From contig NC_135806.1 of assembly GCF_964213995.1 (NCBI RefSeq), positions 95,790,001-95,854,000 of the forward strand: DNA of 64,000 nucleotides. Direction: 5' to 3'. Source of the stretch: Mustelus asterias. Taxonomy: Eukaryota. Shown piece after piece: positions 1-12,503 of the stretch. A model generated the notes under the pieces. That model was not told where the DNA came from, ran no database searches, and was given only the letters and a program-made list of their open reading frames with translations. The position numbers and the translations under genes were made by a program. Position 1 is the first letter of the stretch. Each line of letters starts with the position of its first letter.

Positions 1-37
1 GGGCCTGTACTGCGCTGTAATGTTCTATCTTCTATGT
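1..37 (+). mobile_element. 3' tail of a CR1 LINE cut by the window edge
   Basis: GGGCCTGTACTGCGCTGTAATGTTCTAT matches the tail of the CR1 copies at 16493 and 51952 (read on their own strand). Confidence 0.75.
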
Positions 38-2101
38 GCAGTTAATCCAATCCACTGTTGCTGTACTCTCTCAGACTTTCTTCCTATCTTGTATGTTTCA
101 ATGTTCCTCACTATTTTTTTGTTTTGAATGTATGTACTTAATCAACAATTAAACACATCTTTCTCTTTCATCCACTACTCCATCTTTGTACTTCTTTGAG
201 CATCTGATCCTCATTCCTCAAGGCTTCTCCTTCTTGGATTTTGTTGTGCAGATCATATCATGATAATTACAGCAGTTACCAATTGAGTAACAATCAGTCC
301 TCAACTGCATCACTAAGATCCTGAATTGTTTATGTAAGAAGACTACTGACTGTGACAGATAGTAGCTCTGGCATGCTAGGGCTAGGCTGTTTTCAAAATG
401 GCAGTAGTCAATCACCCAGGAAAGTGAGGCTGAAGGGCACAGACCTCATTTTGATGCCTTTAGCTTCATATTATTAATGCTGGTTTTCCTGAATGAAAAT
501 TGGCCCTGGTGACTGTTGCTGGGTGCGTCACCTGTCTGTCTGGTAAGAAGATGAAGCACTTTGAGCAAATCTTCATGTCTGTACATCCTGCTTAATGGTT
601 TATTTTAGTTGTCCAAAAAACAGTGGTAGGCAGGATGATTAAATAATGATGCATGATCATAAAACCCTTACTTTAAAAATTAAGCCGCCTTTTATTTGAG
701 AAATTGAAGTATATTGAGTACCTTTTCTTTTAACATTTTCTCTGTAAGATAATCAGCTTTAGGGAAACCGTCAACTGAGATTGTCATACTTAATATTTCA
801 TCCAAATGAATGTTTTTCACTTTTTTACATCTCTTAGCTTTTGAACATTTATGTGCAAATTTGCACTCCAAGGTGAAAGATGACAGTGATGGAAATCGGA
901 CCTTTTTTTCCCTTTATATGTTCATTTGTCGGATCAAGGACTTGTAGGTCAGCTTTATGGATTAGTGGCATTAGCAATACATCTGCACTGAATCAGTATT
1001 GTACTTCAGCAATAGCCTCAGAATGGCAGCCCCTTATGTGCTTTATCATTTATGCACTTCATATATTTTTGTGACTTCTCCTGAGATTTAATGTTGATAC
1101 TAGAATTCAGGGTCATTGCACTTCATGCATTGATACGCAAACCCTGCAATGCTAATTTAAATATTTTCATGGTTTATCATGTGACATGCTGAGAGCCCCA
1201 TGGAGTCTAGAATTGTATTATTGGTTGCAGTCAGTTACTAAAGAACTGTTGCCTCCTTTTTCAATAATTTGAGGCACAACAACTAATTTCAAATATTGAC
1301 CTTTAAAGGCTACGCAAAGAGAGGCACAGCAAGGAACGTTGGCCCTAGTAGAAAGAGAGGGCTACAGTGGAAGAAGAGTATAATTTTTCTTCAGGGCTCC
1401 CCTCAGCCACCCACTACTCAGGAGTTTCAGGAGGAGTAAATGGGGAGGACCCCTAATTTAATTATACTCTTATTGACACCTGTACCTTTGCAGCCAATGT
1501 TTGTCAAACTTGGGTGGCTGCTAAATTTTGGGGCACTGTGCACATCTGCATTTATAAGCCTCAGGATCCAAAGATACAATGCCCTAGTTCCTTGGTCGCT
1601 GGAAAGGCAAAATTAGTGAGAATTTTCAAAGAGTTTTCCCTTTTCCTTCGTCTTTCAAATATTAATGGAGGACAGAAGGAGACAGGCACACAAAACATCA
1701 GTGAACATAGATAGCACTATCTCTTGGGGCTCACAATTTTGAACTCTTCTACAATTTGAGAAAGTAATTTACCTTGTTTTCAGTCAACTTTTTATTGATG
1801 CTATTATATTTCCATTATTCCTTACTCTGAAGTTTTGTAACAAACATCCTATGAAGTACATTATTGAACTCTTTCAAAATTTCCTAACACTTCTGAGTCT
1901 GCTATATTCCCTTTATCAATTGTTGTGAACAGAGAGGCAGTAATTTAAACAGCACTAATTTCTCCTTTCACCACCCGTCCATAAACATGTGCTTTTGATT
2001 TGCTTAGAAGCTTATTTCTCAACCCCTCAATTCTGATGTGATCCCATTTCTATTAATAACCCCACAGCAAATTCAAGATAGCATGAACTCAAAGGGGTAG
2101 T

Positions 2102-2433
2102 TCATAGAATCATAGACACCCTACAGTGCAGAAGGAGGCCATTCAGCCCATCGAGTCTACACTGACCACAATCCCACCCAGGCCCTACCCTGTAACCCCA
2201 CATATTTACCCCGCTAATCCCTCTAACCTACTAAGGGGCAATTTAGCATGGCTAATGCACCTAACCCACATATCTTTTGACTCTGGGAGGAAACCGGAGC
2301 ACCCGGAGGAAACCCACACAGACATGGGGAGAACGTGCAAACTCCACACAGGCAGTGACCCAAGCCGGGAATCGAACCCAGGTCCCTGGAGCTGTGCGGC
2401 AGCAATGCTAACCCTTGTGCCACTGTGTCACCC
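2102..2433 (-). mobile_element. HE1-type tRNA-derived V-SINE, near full length
   Basis: On minus: tRNA head with B box GGTTCGATTCC, core TGTGTGGAGTTTGCAC...GGGTTTCCTCCGGGTGCTCCGGTTTCCTCCCA, CR1-like tail ending ATTCTATGA. Confidence 0.9.
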
Positions 2434-2842
2434 AAATTTATGCAAAAGTTTGAGTGAAACTTTTAGTTTATACACTCAAAGCGTGGAAGGAGCTGGATAA
2501 TTCATTTTTCTGATGAAGTTGACTTCACATGATGAGAAAGACATTCAGAGATTAATCAATCTTGTAGGCGATGGGATAGAATTTCCAGTGGAAGCAGTGA
2601 AGATGGGGCCAGTTGTCCAAGCTGGGCACAGCTCCTTGTCTTTGAGGTTGCTATTCAGATGATAACAGGCTAGAGAACTCATTCCTCCTCACCCAATCAT
2701 AACAAAATTTGGTGCTCATTGTCAAGATTGTTCCCGCAGATGAAACAAAAGAATTCAAGTGACGAAAGTAAATTGTTCCTTCAAAACCAATTTTACAAGC
2801 TGCAGAAGGGTTTTCTTGAGTCTGTACTACTGAAGTGTAGAA

Positions 2843-3260
2843 ATGTCCACTTTTGATGCCAGTGCTTTTCTAGAAGAAGAGGAAGTTACTTTTGAGGATT
2901 TAAAACTTCTGTTCCCCAAAGAGTTAAAAGAGCAATTAGGTTTTGTATAATATAGCAACTCATGGCCAGAACATTATGTCACAAGACCATGAAAAGAAGT
3001 GGAATTGGCAAGAATACAGCCAGCACAGAGACGAACATTGTTAGAACTCGAAACATTTGAAAATGAGTGACAAGAAAGAGAAAGGGAGATAAAAAAGAGA
3101 AAAGGGAAAGAGAGGAAGCTTTCCAAAGAAGACTGAATGAACTGGAAAAGGAGATAAATGCAACTGAGGCAGCCAAAAGGATAGATTTCCTGAAAAGTGA
3201 GGAAAAATCACTTGAATCAAAAAAGCTGAACAGGCTGGAGAACCTCAGCCAGGATCTATG
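2843..3260 (+). pseudogene. Decayed Gypsy-type gag N-terminus with coiled-coil region
   Basis: MSTFDASAFLEEEEVTFEDLKLL...VELARIQ followed by an E/R/K-rich stretch, with stops and frameshifts; resembles vertebrate Gypsy gag starts; cut by the LINE at 3263. Confidence 0.45.
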
Positions 3261-3262
3261 GG

Positions 3263-4345
3263 AAACTGGAGTCAAAGGGAATCAGGAGAAACTTATCTGC
3301 TGGGTTGGAGTCATTCCGAGCACAAAGGAAGATGGTTGTGGTTGTCAGAGGTCAATAATCTCAGTTTCAGGACATTACTGCAGGAGTTCCTCAGGGTTGT
3401 GACCTAGGCCCAACCATTTTCAGCTGCTTTATCAATGACCTTCCTTTCATCAGAAGATGAGAGGTTTGCTGATGATTGTACAATTTTTACCTCAATTTGT
3501 GACTCTACAGATACTGAAGCAGTCCATGTCCAAATGCAGCAAGGCCTGGACAATATCTAGGCTTGCGCTGACAAGTGACAAGTGATATTCATGCCACACA
3601 AGTGCCAGGCAATGACCATCTCCAACAGGAGAGAATCTAACCATCGTCCTGTGACATTTAATGGCCATTGCCATTGCTGAATTTCCTTACTATCAATCCT
3701 GGGGCTTACCGTTGACCAGAGACTGAATTGGACTTGCCATATAAATACAAGAGCAAGCCAGAGGCTGTGAATTCTGCACCGAGTAACTCACTTCCTGACC
3801 TCCCCAAAGTCTGTTCACTATCTACAAGGCACAAGTCAGGAATGTGATGCAATATTCTCCACTTGTCTGGATGAGTGCAGCTCTAATAACACTCAAGAAG
3901 TTCGGCACCATCCAGGGCAAAGCCGCCTGCTTGATTGGCACCCCATTCACAAATATTCACTCCCTCCACCACCAACACACAATGACAACACGTGTACCAT
4001 CTATAAAATGCACTGCAGGAACTCACCAAGACTGCTCAGACTGCACCTACCAAACCCACAATTGCTACCATCTATAAGGACATGGGCAGCAGATAAGTGG
4101 GGACACCACCACTGCAAGTTCCCCTCCAAGCCAAACACCATCCTGACTTGGAAATATATTGGTGTTCCTTCACTGTTGCTGGGTCAAAGGCCTGGAATTC
4201 ACTCCCTAACAACAATGTTGATGTAACTACACCACATGGGTTGCAGCAGTTCAGGAAGGCAGCTCCTCATAGGGCAATTAGCAATGGGAAATAAATGCTA
4301 CTCTTGCCAGTGATGCCCACGTCCCATGATCAAATATAAATAAAA
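3263..4345 (+). mobile_element. 5'-truncated decayed CR1-group LINE (called lineage B here)
   Basis: RT motifs GVPQG, FINDL, FADD; 3' UTR ending ATAAATGCT...GCCAGTGATGCCCACGTCCCATG plus A-rich tail; homologous to 15277-20017 and 52945-54871. Confidence 0.85.
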
Positions 4346-4859
4346 CCTATCCTAAAGTAGGCAAAACTTATAGAAACCACAAGGGGTATACCAGTGAAAT
4401 TTTTGCAGAGTTACCCACTGGTAAAGCAAATGAGAATGTTTCAGTCCTAAACATCAACAAACTCTGCAGGTTTAAGGCAGAGTCTACTAAAGCAGAGGTA
4501 CCAGAAGTGAATTCAGAACACTGTACCAGGACTTAAACCTGAGTTACAACCCACTCCCACCACAGGAATTGGATTGTAAAGAAGAAAGGGAAGGTAACCC
4601 ACCCTAAAACAGGTAATATTTGTGGAGATGACAAGAATAGCAGTGAAACCTATGCAGGGGTAAGCACTGATAAACCAGATGAAATGAACCAAGCTTTAAG
4701 TCTCAACCAGAACTGTATTGATGAAATACTCACCAGAAATGAAATACTGGAACCAGAGTCCCTACAAGAGGTGAACGTCAAAGCGCAGCCCACTAACCAT
4801 TTGTGAACTCATTGCCAAAGTCCTCTCACCCCATAATAATGGTTGCCACATCCTGCTAG

Positions 4860-5770
4860 TTGTCTTCAAAGTCAGCGTGGCCATATATTTCCTCGCTTTC
4901 CTCTCCTTCCAAGTTTCAGCTGCGGACTGAGGTGGCATTTCACATATTGCTGCGCACCACTACATTTCGCAGGTTCCCTATTTGATGAAGCTGTACGGTA
5001 CATTCAGTCCATGATAGGTGAGGCCTCATAAGCATAAAGGACTTTGCTGCCATCATTGGATTTCCCCCAGGTGCAGATTATTATTGATTGCAGCCAAGTG
5101 GCCATGAAGGCAACCAATGATCGTGCAGTGAAATTCAACAATAGGAAGAGCTTCCCCTCCCTCAACATTCAACTGATCTGAGACCACAACAAGAGCTTCC
5201 GCCATGTGTGCACTCGCTTTCCTGGAAGCTGCCATAATTCCTTCGTCCTCTGCCAATCCAGGGTGCTGTAGCTCTTCATCCTATCCATTCAAAGAGTACG
5301 GTTGGATCCTTCAGGTCAAAGGATATTATCACTTGAAAAGATGTCTACTCAGACCCAGAGACAATGCTACAACCAAAGCCATCTAATCAATAAAACAAGC
5401 ATCGAAGAGGCCATTGGGTTTCTGAGGATGCAATTTTGGTACTTGAACTGGTCGGACGTGCATTCCAATATCCTCCAAGATTATGGAGGTCTCCTGTGCT
5501 TTCCTTCAGATGGCCCTCCATAGGTGTGTGGACCTTGAGGACTGTGAGGTCCTGGATGGAGACAGTTCATTAGAAGAAGAGGAGAGGGAGGGGGTGGAAA
5601 AACAGGTGGAAGTTGAAGTGGTGGCAAAAAAGCACTGATGTCATCCAGCCACACAGCAATGTGTCTGGGCATGGCACAAGGCACAAATATCTCTTCAGTA
5701 TGTCAAGAATGTCAGGGATCATCTTATTCAGGAATGTTTCGGATCACCTTATTCAGGAATGTTTCACTTG
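4860..5770 (+). pseudogene. Decayed PIF/Harbinger DDE transposase (HARBI1-like)
   Basis: GFPQVQIIIDCSQVA, NRKSFPSLNIQLI*DH, RFPGSCHNSFVL, GWILQVKGY, YNQSH...IEEAIGFLRMQF match the DDE_Tnp_4 motif order; stops and frameshifts present. Confidence 0.85.
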
Positions 5771-5910
5771 AGCCAGGATGAAGGGTATATTGACACTGAG
5801 AAACCTCTGCTATCACATCCATTAAAAATGTAGCCTGAAACATCTAAACTCTTATTGTCACTGAAGGAATTACATTTGTCCAAAGGCTTCAGGGTCACTA
5901 TTGAGGAACC

Positions 5911-7170
5911 ATTGCTGGGTATAACATATTTAGAAAAGTAGAGAGGGAAAACAGGGAGGTGGAGTAGCTGTATTTATGCAGGATAACAATGACAGTGGAA
6001 CAAAGGGACACAGCCATCAGAAAGGCAAAAATAGAATCCACATGGATAGAGATAAATGATAATAAAGGATCCATCACACTAACAGGTGTTATCTACAGAT
6101 CACCTAATTGTGGAAGGGAGGTGGCAATTGAGTAAAAAACCTGGGGCTGAATTTATGTGTCCTTGGTGGACAGGTTGGCACTGCCAAGGGGTGGGGCCTG
6201 AAGAAGGGTGCTTGCACAGGGGGCCTGAGGGGACGCCATTTCAGAATGTCTCTTTTGTGCGGGGGGAGTGAGGCCTCTGGCTGGGGTGTCAGGTCACCCT
6301 CATACCTACATAATGTGGAAAGGGAGGTGTAGTGTGAGGAGGGTGCCCCTTGGAGCTGAGGGTTTGTGGGTGCTCCCCTTGTCAGCAGGGGGTCACCATG
6401 TCCATTAGTGGGGAGGGGGAGATGGTGTGGAGTGGGGCCTGGGAATTGGGTCGCCATTTAAAAGTGCTCCCAAATCTCTGTAAAGCTGGGCTGGCCAGCA
6501 TGTTTTGCAGCATGCATAGATTTAAATGGATAAGGTGGGTGAATCCCACCTGACAGATGCTGTTAACACCAGCAGGAAACACTCTGGTTTTCCTGCTGGC
6601 AGCGGCATTTAGAACTGATTGGGGTGAATCGCGCCCAATATTTAAACGGTCTATTGGATTTAGTAATGGGCAATGTACCAGAGCAGATAAGAGAAGTGAA
6701 AGTAGGTGAACATCTAGGCAACAGTGAGCATAATACATGCATTAAGGTGATAATAGAGAAGGACAGAAGAATGATGAAAACAAGGTTAGTAGATTGGAGA
6801 AAAGCTGATTTTGAGGAGTTGAGAATAGAAGTTGTGAAAATAAAATGGGGAACAATGCTGGCAAGTAACAACATAGAACATTGGAACTATTGAAAGTGAT
6901 GTTCGATAGAGTGCAGGAAAAATATATTCTGTTGATAGGAAAGAGCAACTCAAATACTCCAGGAGCTCCCAGGAATAAAAACATAAGGAAACAATTGAGA
7001 GTTTCAAAAAAGGCTTATATTAAGTACATAGACAGCAGAGGAGTGTAGGATTAGAGAGAATATAAAGAGATTAGGAGAGAAGTAAAAAAAATAGGTAGGC
7101 AAAGAGGAACTGCAGCATTAAATTATCAAGGAACATAAATCAAAATGGCAAAATATACAGGCACATCAAT
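5911..7170 (+). mobile_element. Old CR1 ORF2 endonuclease-region fragment, interrupted at about 6143-6636
   Basis: IAGYNIFRK...GGVA, GVIYRSPN, then after the insertion LLDLVMGNVPEQIREVKVGEHLGNSEHN (APE-endonuclease LDLV...SDHN motif). Confidence 0.8.
6143..6636. mobile_element. GC-rich non-autonomous TIR-type insertion inside the CR1 fragment
   Basis: GC-rich block splitting a collinear CR1 frame; ends GGGGCTGAATTT and GTGAATCGCGCCC resemble termini of other TIR elements in the window. Confidence 0.5.
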
Positions 7171-8061
7171 AAGAATTACTTCTCCGTGGTCTTCAATGGT
7201 CAGGGGCAGCTTCAGTACTGGCCCATTTAACCTTCTAAATCTGTCCTGGTGGGTGGGAGTCGATTAAACTTTTCAAAAATGTCTTACCTTTTCAATCCTG
7301 AAACTTGTGCACCCCTCCCGTCAGCAAGAGTGCATGGCTTTCTGGGGTCCCTGTGCTTGGTCCTGCAGCCTTCGATCCAGCAGGAAAATAGAGATTGGGA
7401 GGCCATGAACACCACACATTGAGTCAATATCCTGACATTTCCTACCCAACAGTATTGTGGAGGGGACTCATAAGGTCTGCAGTGCCTCAAGTAGAAGGTC
7501 CACACCAACACATTGGAACAACTAAAATAAACTTAAGACTGTCATTCATATTATGAGAAAAAATACTAACAAAGAAATACCTCAGACCTCCCCAAGCAAA
7601 GCTAATCACAGTGGTCTCTGGTCCATTTTTCTAGCCTTTGTGCTGTTGTGAAAATCTAGTTCATAATTCTTATGTGTTAGAATATAACTTTTAGTTTTAA
7701 GAATTAAAGTTTTAACTGTAGAAAATGATGGGGAAGGTGGGGAGAGGAGGGGGGGGAGCGGCGACCTGAACAAGAAACTGATAATTAACCCGATTCAAAC
7801 AAGCTGAAAAGCTAATGGAAGGACCTGCACCAAATTTTACCTTGGAGGAATTGCTGGAATACAAAGGAGAGGGAAAGTAAATTCCGGAGGGCTGTGCCAT
7901 ACCTTTTTTGTTGGTCCCAGAAATGGTGAATGAACCTTCAATATTTCGTAAGATAAGGGAACTTTTGACAGGAAGTAAAAAGTAGAGCTGCGTTTATAGC
8001 ATAAGTTTTTATAAGCTATAGTGTTGAGGTAGTGACACTTCTTTTGTTTAAGTTCACTTGA

Positions 8062-8370
8062 TCATAGAATCATAGAGTCCTACAGTGCAGAATGAGGCCA
8101 TTCGGCCCATCGAGTCTGCACCGACCACAATCCCACCCAGACCCTATCCCCAGAACATTTATCCTAGCTAGTCCTCCTGACACTAAGGGGCAATTTAGCA
8201 TAACCAATCCACCTAACCCACACATCTTTGAACTGTGGGAGGAAACTGGAGCACCCGGAGGAAACCCACACAGACACGGGGACAATGTGCAAACTCCACA
8301 CAGACAGTGACCCAAGCTGGGAATCAAAACCTGGTCCCTGGCGCTGTGTTGCAGCAGTGCTAACCACTGT
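8062..8370 (-). mobile_element. HE1-type V-SINE
   Basis: Same head, core and tail as 2102-2433. Confidence 0.9.
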
Positions 8371-8430
8371 ATTTCTATCGCATGAGATTTTCTTTCCTTT
8401 GAATTACTGTGTATCACTGGGGTATACAAA

Positions 8431-8556
8431 GGCCGGAATTCTCCAGCCATTCACGTCCCACTGCTGCTGCCAGAGAGGACAGAGAATTTGGCACTCAGCC
8501 AAATCTCCAGCAGGACAGGAGAGCTCCGCTGACATCAATGGCTGGAGAATCCCACT
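8431..8556. mobile_element. Short MITE with terminal inverted repeats
   Basis: ATTCTCCAGCCATT near the left end and AATGGCTGGAGAAT near the right end are exact reverse complements. Confidence 0.7.
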
Positions 8557-9591
8557 CAAATTCTTTAAACTTTGTTTTGAAGTAAATGGTTATTGCTCCA
8601 GTCAAGTCTTCTTTAGGTGACCATTAACTTCAATGTTGCACAAATATTTTATGTTAAAATTACTAATAATAAATATTGCATTTTGTTGCCCATATAATTT
8701 ATTGCTTAGGTTAGGATTAATTTCATAAACATGAAAAGCAAAAGGACACCAGATAGATGGAACACTTCAGTTTGCATTATTTTGTTTTTCACTGGTTAAT
8801 ACAAGCCAAAATAAATGCTGGATCATAAATAGCAACTTCAAGGACAGTAAGAATTAATGTCTAGGTTCATAAACAAACAGATGGAATCAGACTTTTTTTA
8901 CATTATTCTATCTATTTCCTTTTCTAAATGGAATGGTATTCCTTCAAGCATACTGCAACCAAGTGATAATTAATAATCTCTAATTCAAGGCATGATGCTT
9001 GAATTGATGTACTGTCATCAGTATCTTCTGTGAAAATGAAACCTCGACAGGGGGTTAACACCCTAGAACAGGTCATCACACTGTCAAACTCTCCAGCCTT
9101 TTGGTATTTATCTTCAACAAGGCAAAGCATTACAAGACAGAGTAAAAGAGAAATAATTACAAATGAAGAGTGACACGGGCTGTGAATAGAACATATGTTA
9201 GGCTAGGCCGAGACATCAGTGAATTATATCGTTCCTTGATGAAGTGGCAGTGGGGCTGAACGGACCCATTTTAAACCTTGATGTGTTTTATCTCAGCTGT
9301 ATTTGGAATGTCATCTCCAGAAAAAGATCCTGGATAATTGAGAGTCAAATCCAATCTGCATGAATTGGATGTTAAGTACAGACTAAATGTATGGTGGTTC
9401 AGGAAAATCAAAAATAGTCAGCGGAGTATCATTATTACTAAAAAGCAGTGCGCATCAACAGTGTAAGATTTGCATTTCTGAAGAAAATATTTAAGGCATT
9501 GGTTATTTTTTCTGGCCAATTATTACCATGCTGAAAAGTGCAGTGTAAGCAGCAAGTATACCTTTAAATTTTGTAAATGCTAATTGAAAAG

Positions 9592-10435
9592 ATTTGTATT
9601 TATATAGTGCGTTTCACAACCATTGGACCTCTCATAGCAATTCACAGCCAGTTTTGAAGTGTAGTCATTGTTGTAATTTAGGAACTGTGACAGGCAACTT
9701 ACAAGCAGCAAACTCCCACAAATAGGAATGTGATAATGATAAATCTGCAGGGAAATCACAGCAATGAGCAAAAACTAAAGAGTGGTGATGCACAGGGAGT
9801 TTCCTTACCCCAATATCAATTGGAATAATGTTAGAATTAAGGAGGGGCAGCAAGATGGCATATTGGTTAGCACTGCTGCCTCACAGTACCAGGGACCTGG
9901 GGTTGAGTGTGGCCTTAGGTGACTGATTGTGTGGAGTTTGCACGTTCTCCATGTGTATGTGTGGGTTTCCTTTGGGTGTGACCCAAAACTGCCAGCCAAT
10001 CAGATTGACTGACAACTCTCTGAGACGAGGCTTCCACCCTAGTATGGAGCGGATGCCCTGTCTCCAGCCAATTAACACTCCAATTAGTGTTAAATGACTG
10101 TGGAAGTACTGTGATTGGTGATGATGTTTTCACTGCACAGTTAGAGGGATGGGGAAACCTTGCCACCCGAAAAATACTGCCCTGTGATTCTATGATCAAG
10201 TAATCTGTTTTTGTGACTTTGATTGAGGAATAAATATTAACCAGGGGACTGAAAATCTGTCCCCTGCTCTTTAACATAGGGCTCTTTTACAGCTACCTGA
10301 GAGAGCCTTGATTTAACATTTCATTCTCCGTGCTGGAGTGTCAGTCTTGATTTTAGTACCAAATCCTAGCGTCGGATTTGCACCTAGAGCCCTTGAAGTC
10401 AGGCAATAGTGTTACCAACTGAGCCACAGCTGACA
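9592..10435 (-). mobile_element. DeuSINE (SacSINE1/AmnSINE-like) copy split by an insertion at about 9745-10190
   Basis: TTGTATTTATATAGTGCGTTTCAC...TTTTGAAGTGTAGTCA...CCCACAAA left of the gap, then TAATCTGTTTT...TAAATATT...CCCCTGCTCT...ACTGAGCCACAGCTGACA; collinear with the recalled Deu-SINE consensus on minus. Confidence 0.7.
9845..9978 (+). mobile_element. 5' fragment of an HE1-type SINE
   Basis: TGGTTAGCACTGCTGCCTCACAG...TGTGTGGAGTTTGCACGTTCTCC. Confidence 0.8.
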
Positions 10436-10608
10436 ATGTAAATCTAGATAATCTTATCAAGGTTTAATTCGGCCTCATAATTATTTCTAGCAAACTAAAA
10501 CATCAATTTAGCTAATTACTGGAGGTTGATGCAAGCCGTGATATTCTAATATTTCAAAACTCCTATGCTATCAGTGCTATAAGTTAGTTAAAGCCCACGT
10601 TTTATTAT

Positions 10609-10955
10609 GGCTAACGGTAGCACAGTGGTTAGCACTGCTGCTTCACAGCTCCAGGGACCTGGGTTCGATTCCCGGCTCGGGTCACTGTCTGTGTGGAGTT
10701 TGCACATTCTCCTCGTGTCTGCGTGGGTTTCCTCCGGGTGCTCCGGTTTCCTCCCACAGTCCAAAGATGTGTAGGTTAGGTTGATTGGCCATGATAAAAT
10801 TGCCCCTTAGTTTCCTGAGATGCGTAGATTAGAAGGATTGGTGAATAAAATATGTAGGGATATGGGGGTAGGGCCTGGGTGAGATTGTGGTCGGTGCAGA
10901 CTCGATGGGCCGAATGGCCTCTTTCTGCACTGTACGGTTCTATGATGATCTATGA
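10609..10955 (+). mobile_element. HE1-type V-SINE, full length, with intact Pol III A/B boxes
   Basis: TAGCACAGTGG (A box), GGTTCGATTCC (B box), V core, tail TTCTATGATGATCTATGA. Confidence 0.92.
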
Positions 10956-11269
10956 TTTATGTATATCAATCATGACAATGCAATATGAATGAGTTTTACT
11001 ACATTGCTGTTTTGTTCAAATCCATCATATTACTGTGATGCTTTGAACAATCAGCAATTGCAATTGTAATATCACATGGAGGTATCACATTTGCAAAAGC
11101 CAATCTCATTTTATTCATAGAGTAAAAGAATATAACAAGCTCCTCCTCACAATACCATGTCCTAAAAGATTATTGACAACCGTAGACAGACTAGCAACCT
11201 GTTCAGGGAATAACTAGCTATGGAAACAGGCAGAGAATTGGAATTGGAATAGACTTTTATTGGAATGGT

Positions 11270-11507
11270 CCATCATGCTTGGCAAAGTAATGCAGTAGTT
11301 TGCCATTGCCTTCCACAATATGGCTGACCAGGAAACTTGCCTGCTCTTATCACTGCCAGCTCATGTATTGGGAGGATTTACACGCTGATAATCAAACTGT
11401 TTGACTGAATAACGCATGCACATTCTGTGGCCATCCTGAAGTGGGACTTGGACACAGTGCCCCTGGCCTGGAATAGGAATGCTATCTCTGTGCCACAAGA
11501 TCTCCCT
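11270..11507 (-). mobile_element. Decayed tRNA-derived SINE with an RTE-like 3' motif
   Basis: TTTGCCATTGCCTTC (reverse of the RTE-type GAAGGCAATGGCAAA end motif) plus a degenerate tRNA head GTGGGACTTG...TGTGCCACAAG. Confidence 0.45.
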
Positions 11508-11548
11508 CGAGCAGAATGTATGACAGGGGATTCCAAAAATGTAGGAAT

Positions 11549-12427
11549 GTGATTTATATAAACGATCTGGAAGAAGGTGTAACTGGGGTGATCAGTAAGT
11601 TTGCGGACGACACAAAATTGGCAGGACTTGCAGATAGTGAGGAGCATTGTCAGAAGCTACAGAAGGATATAGATAGGCTGGAAATTTGGGCAAAGAAATG
11701 GCAGATGGAGTTCAATCCTGATAAATGCGAAGTGATGCATTTTGGTAGAAATAATGTAGGGAGGAGCTATACGATAAATGGCAGAACCATAAAGGGTGTA
11801 GATACGCAGAGGGACCTGGGTGTGCAAGTCCACAGATCCTTGAAGGTGACGTCACAGGTGAAGAAGGTGGTGAAGAAGGCATATGGCATGCTTGCCTTTA
11901 TAGGACGGGGCATAGAGTATAAAAGTTGGGGTCTGATGTTGCAGATGTATAGAACGTTGGTTCGGCCGCATTTGGAATACTGCGTCCAGTTCTGGTCGCC
12001 ACACTACCAGAAGGACGTGGAGGCTTTGGAGAGAGTACAGAGGAGGTTTACCAGGATGTTGCCTGGTATGGAGGGGCTTAGTTATGAGGAGAGATTGGGT
12101 AAACTGGGGTTGTTCTCCCTGGAAAGACGGAGGATGAGGGGAGACTTAATAGAGGTGTATAAAATTATGAAAGGCATAGATAGGGTGAACGGTGGGAAGC
12201 TTTTCCCCAGGTCAGTGGTGACGTTCACGAGGGGTCATAGGTTCAAGGTGAAGGGGGGGAGGTTTAACACAGATATCAGAAGGACATATTTTACACAGAG
12301 GGTGGTGGGGGCCTGGAATGCGCTGCCAGGCAAGGTGGTGGAGGCGGAAACACTGGGAACGTTTAAGACTTATCTGGACAGCCATATGAACGGAGTGGGA
12401 ATGGAGGGATACAAAAGAATGGTCTAG
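11549..12427 (+). CDS. CR1 ORF2 reverse transcriptase C-terminal fragment (truncated, probably not expressed)
   Basis: VIYINDL, SKFADDTK, WQMEFNPDKC, VRPHLEYCVQFWSP, LGLFSLE, FTQRVV; the ATG at 11516 lies in flanking DNA. Confidence 0.9.
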   Translation: MIYINDLEEGVTGVISKFADDTKLAGLADSEEHCQKLQKDIDRLEIWAKKWQMEFNPDKCEVMHFGRNNVGRSYTINGRTIKGVDTQRDLGVQVHRSLKVTSQVKKVVKKAYGMLAFIGRGIEYKSWGLMLQMYRTLVRPHLEYCVQFWSPHYQKDVEALERVQRRFTRMLPGMEGLSYEERLGKLGLFSLERRRMRGDLIEVYKIMKGIDRVNGGKLFPRSVVTFTRGHRFKVKGGRFNTDIRRTYFTQRVVGAWNALPGKVVEAETLGTFKTYLDSHMNGVGMEGYKRMV

Positions 12428-12503
12428 TTTGGACCAGGGAGCGGCGCGGGCTTGGAGGGCCGAAGGGCCTGTTCCTGTGCTGTATTGTTCTTTGTTCTTT
12501 GTT
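11549..12503 (+). mobile_element. Young 5'-truncated CR1 LINE with a (GTTCTTT)n tail
   Basis: Uninterrupted ORF2 C-terminus, short 3' UTR, microsatellite tail. Confidence 0.95.

Noticed and set aside
2126-2500. Recurrent ORFs such as GRKPEHPEETHTD and GHCLCGVCTFSPCLCGFPPG (also at 8070, 27676, 31819, 38077, 44724)
   Set aside because: Translations of the HE1 SINE core in different frames, not a gene family
4860-5770. Domesticated host HARBI1 gene
   Set aside because: In-frame stops, frameshifts and altered catalytic-motif residues; multiple decayed copies
8924-9130. Short minus-strand ORF or possible conserved element
   Set aside because: No recognisable domain or convincing splice pair; conservation cannot be judged without an alignment
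10609-10680. tRNA gene
   Set aside because: The A/B boxes belong to the SINE head; it continues into the V core and tail with no complete cloverleaf
11516-11548. ATG giving a 303-aa chimeric RT protein
   Set aside because: The first 11 codons are flanking DNA in frame by chance; no promoter or expression evidence, and the RT domain is incomplete
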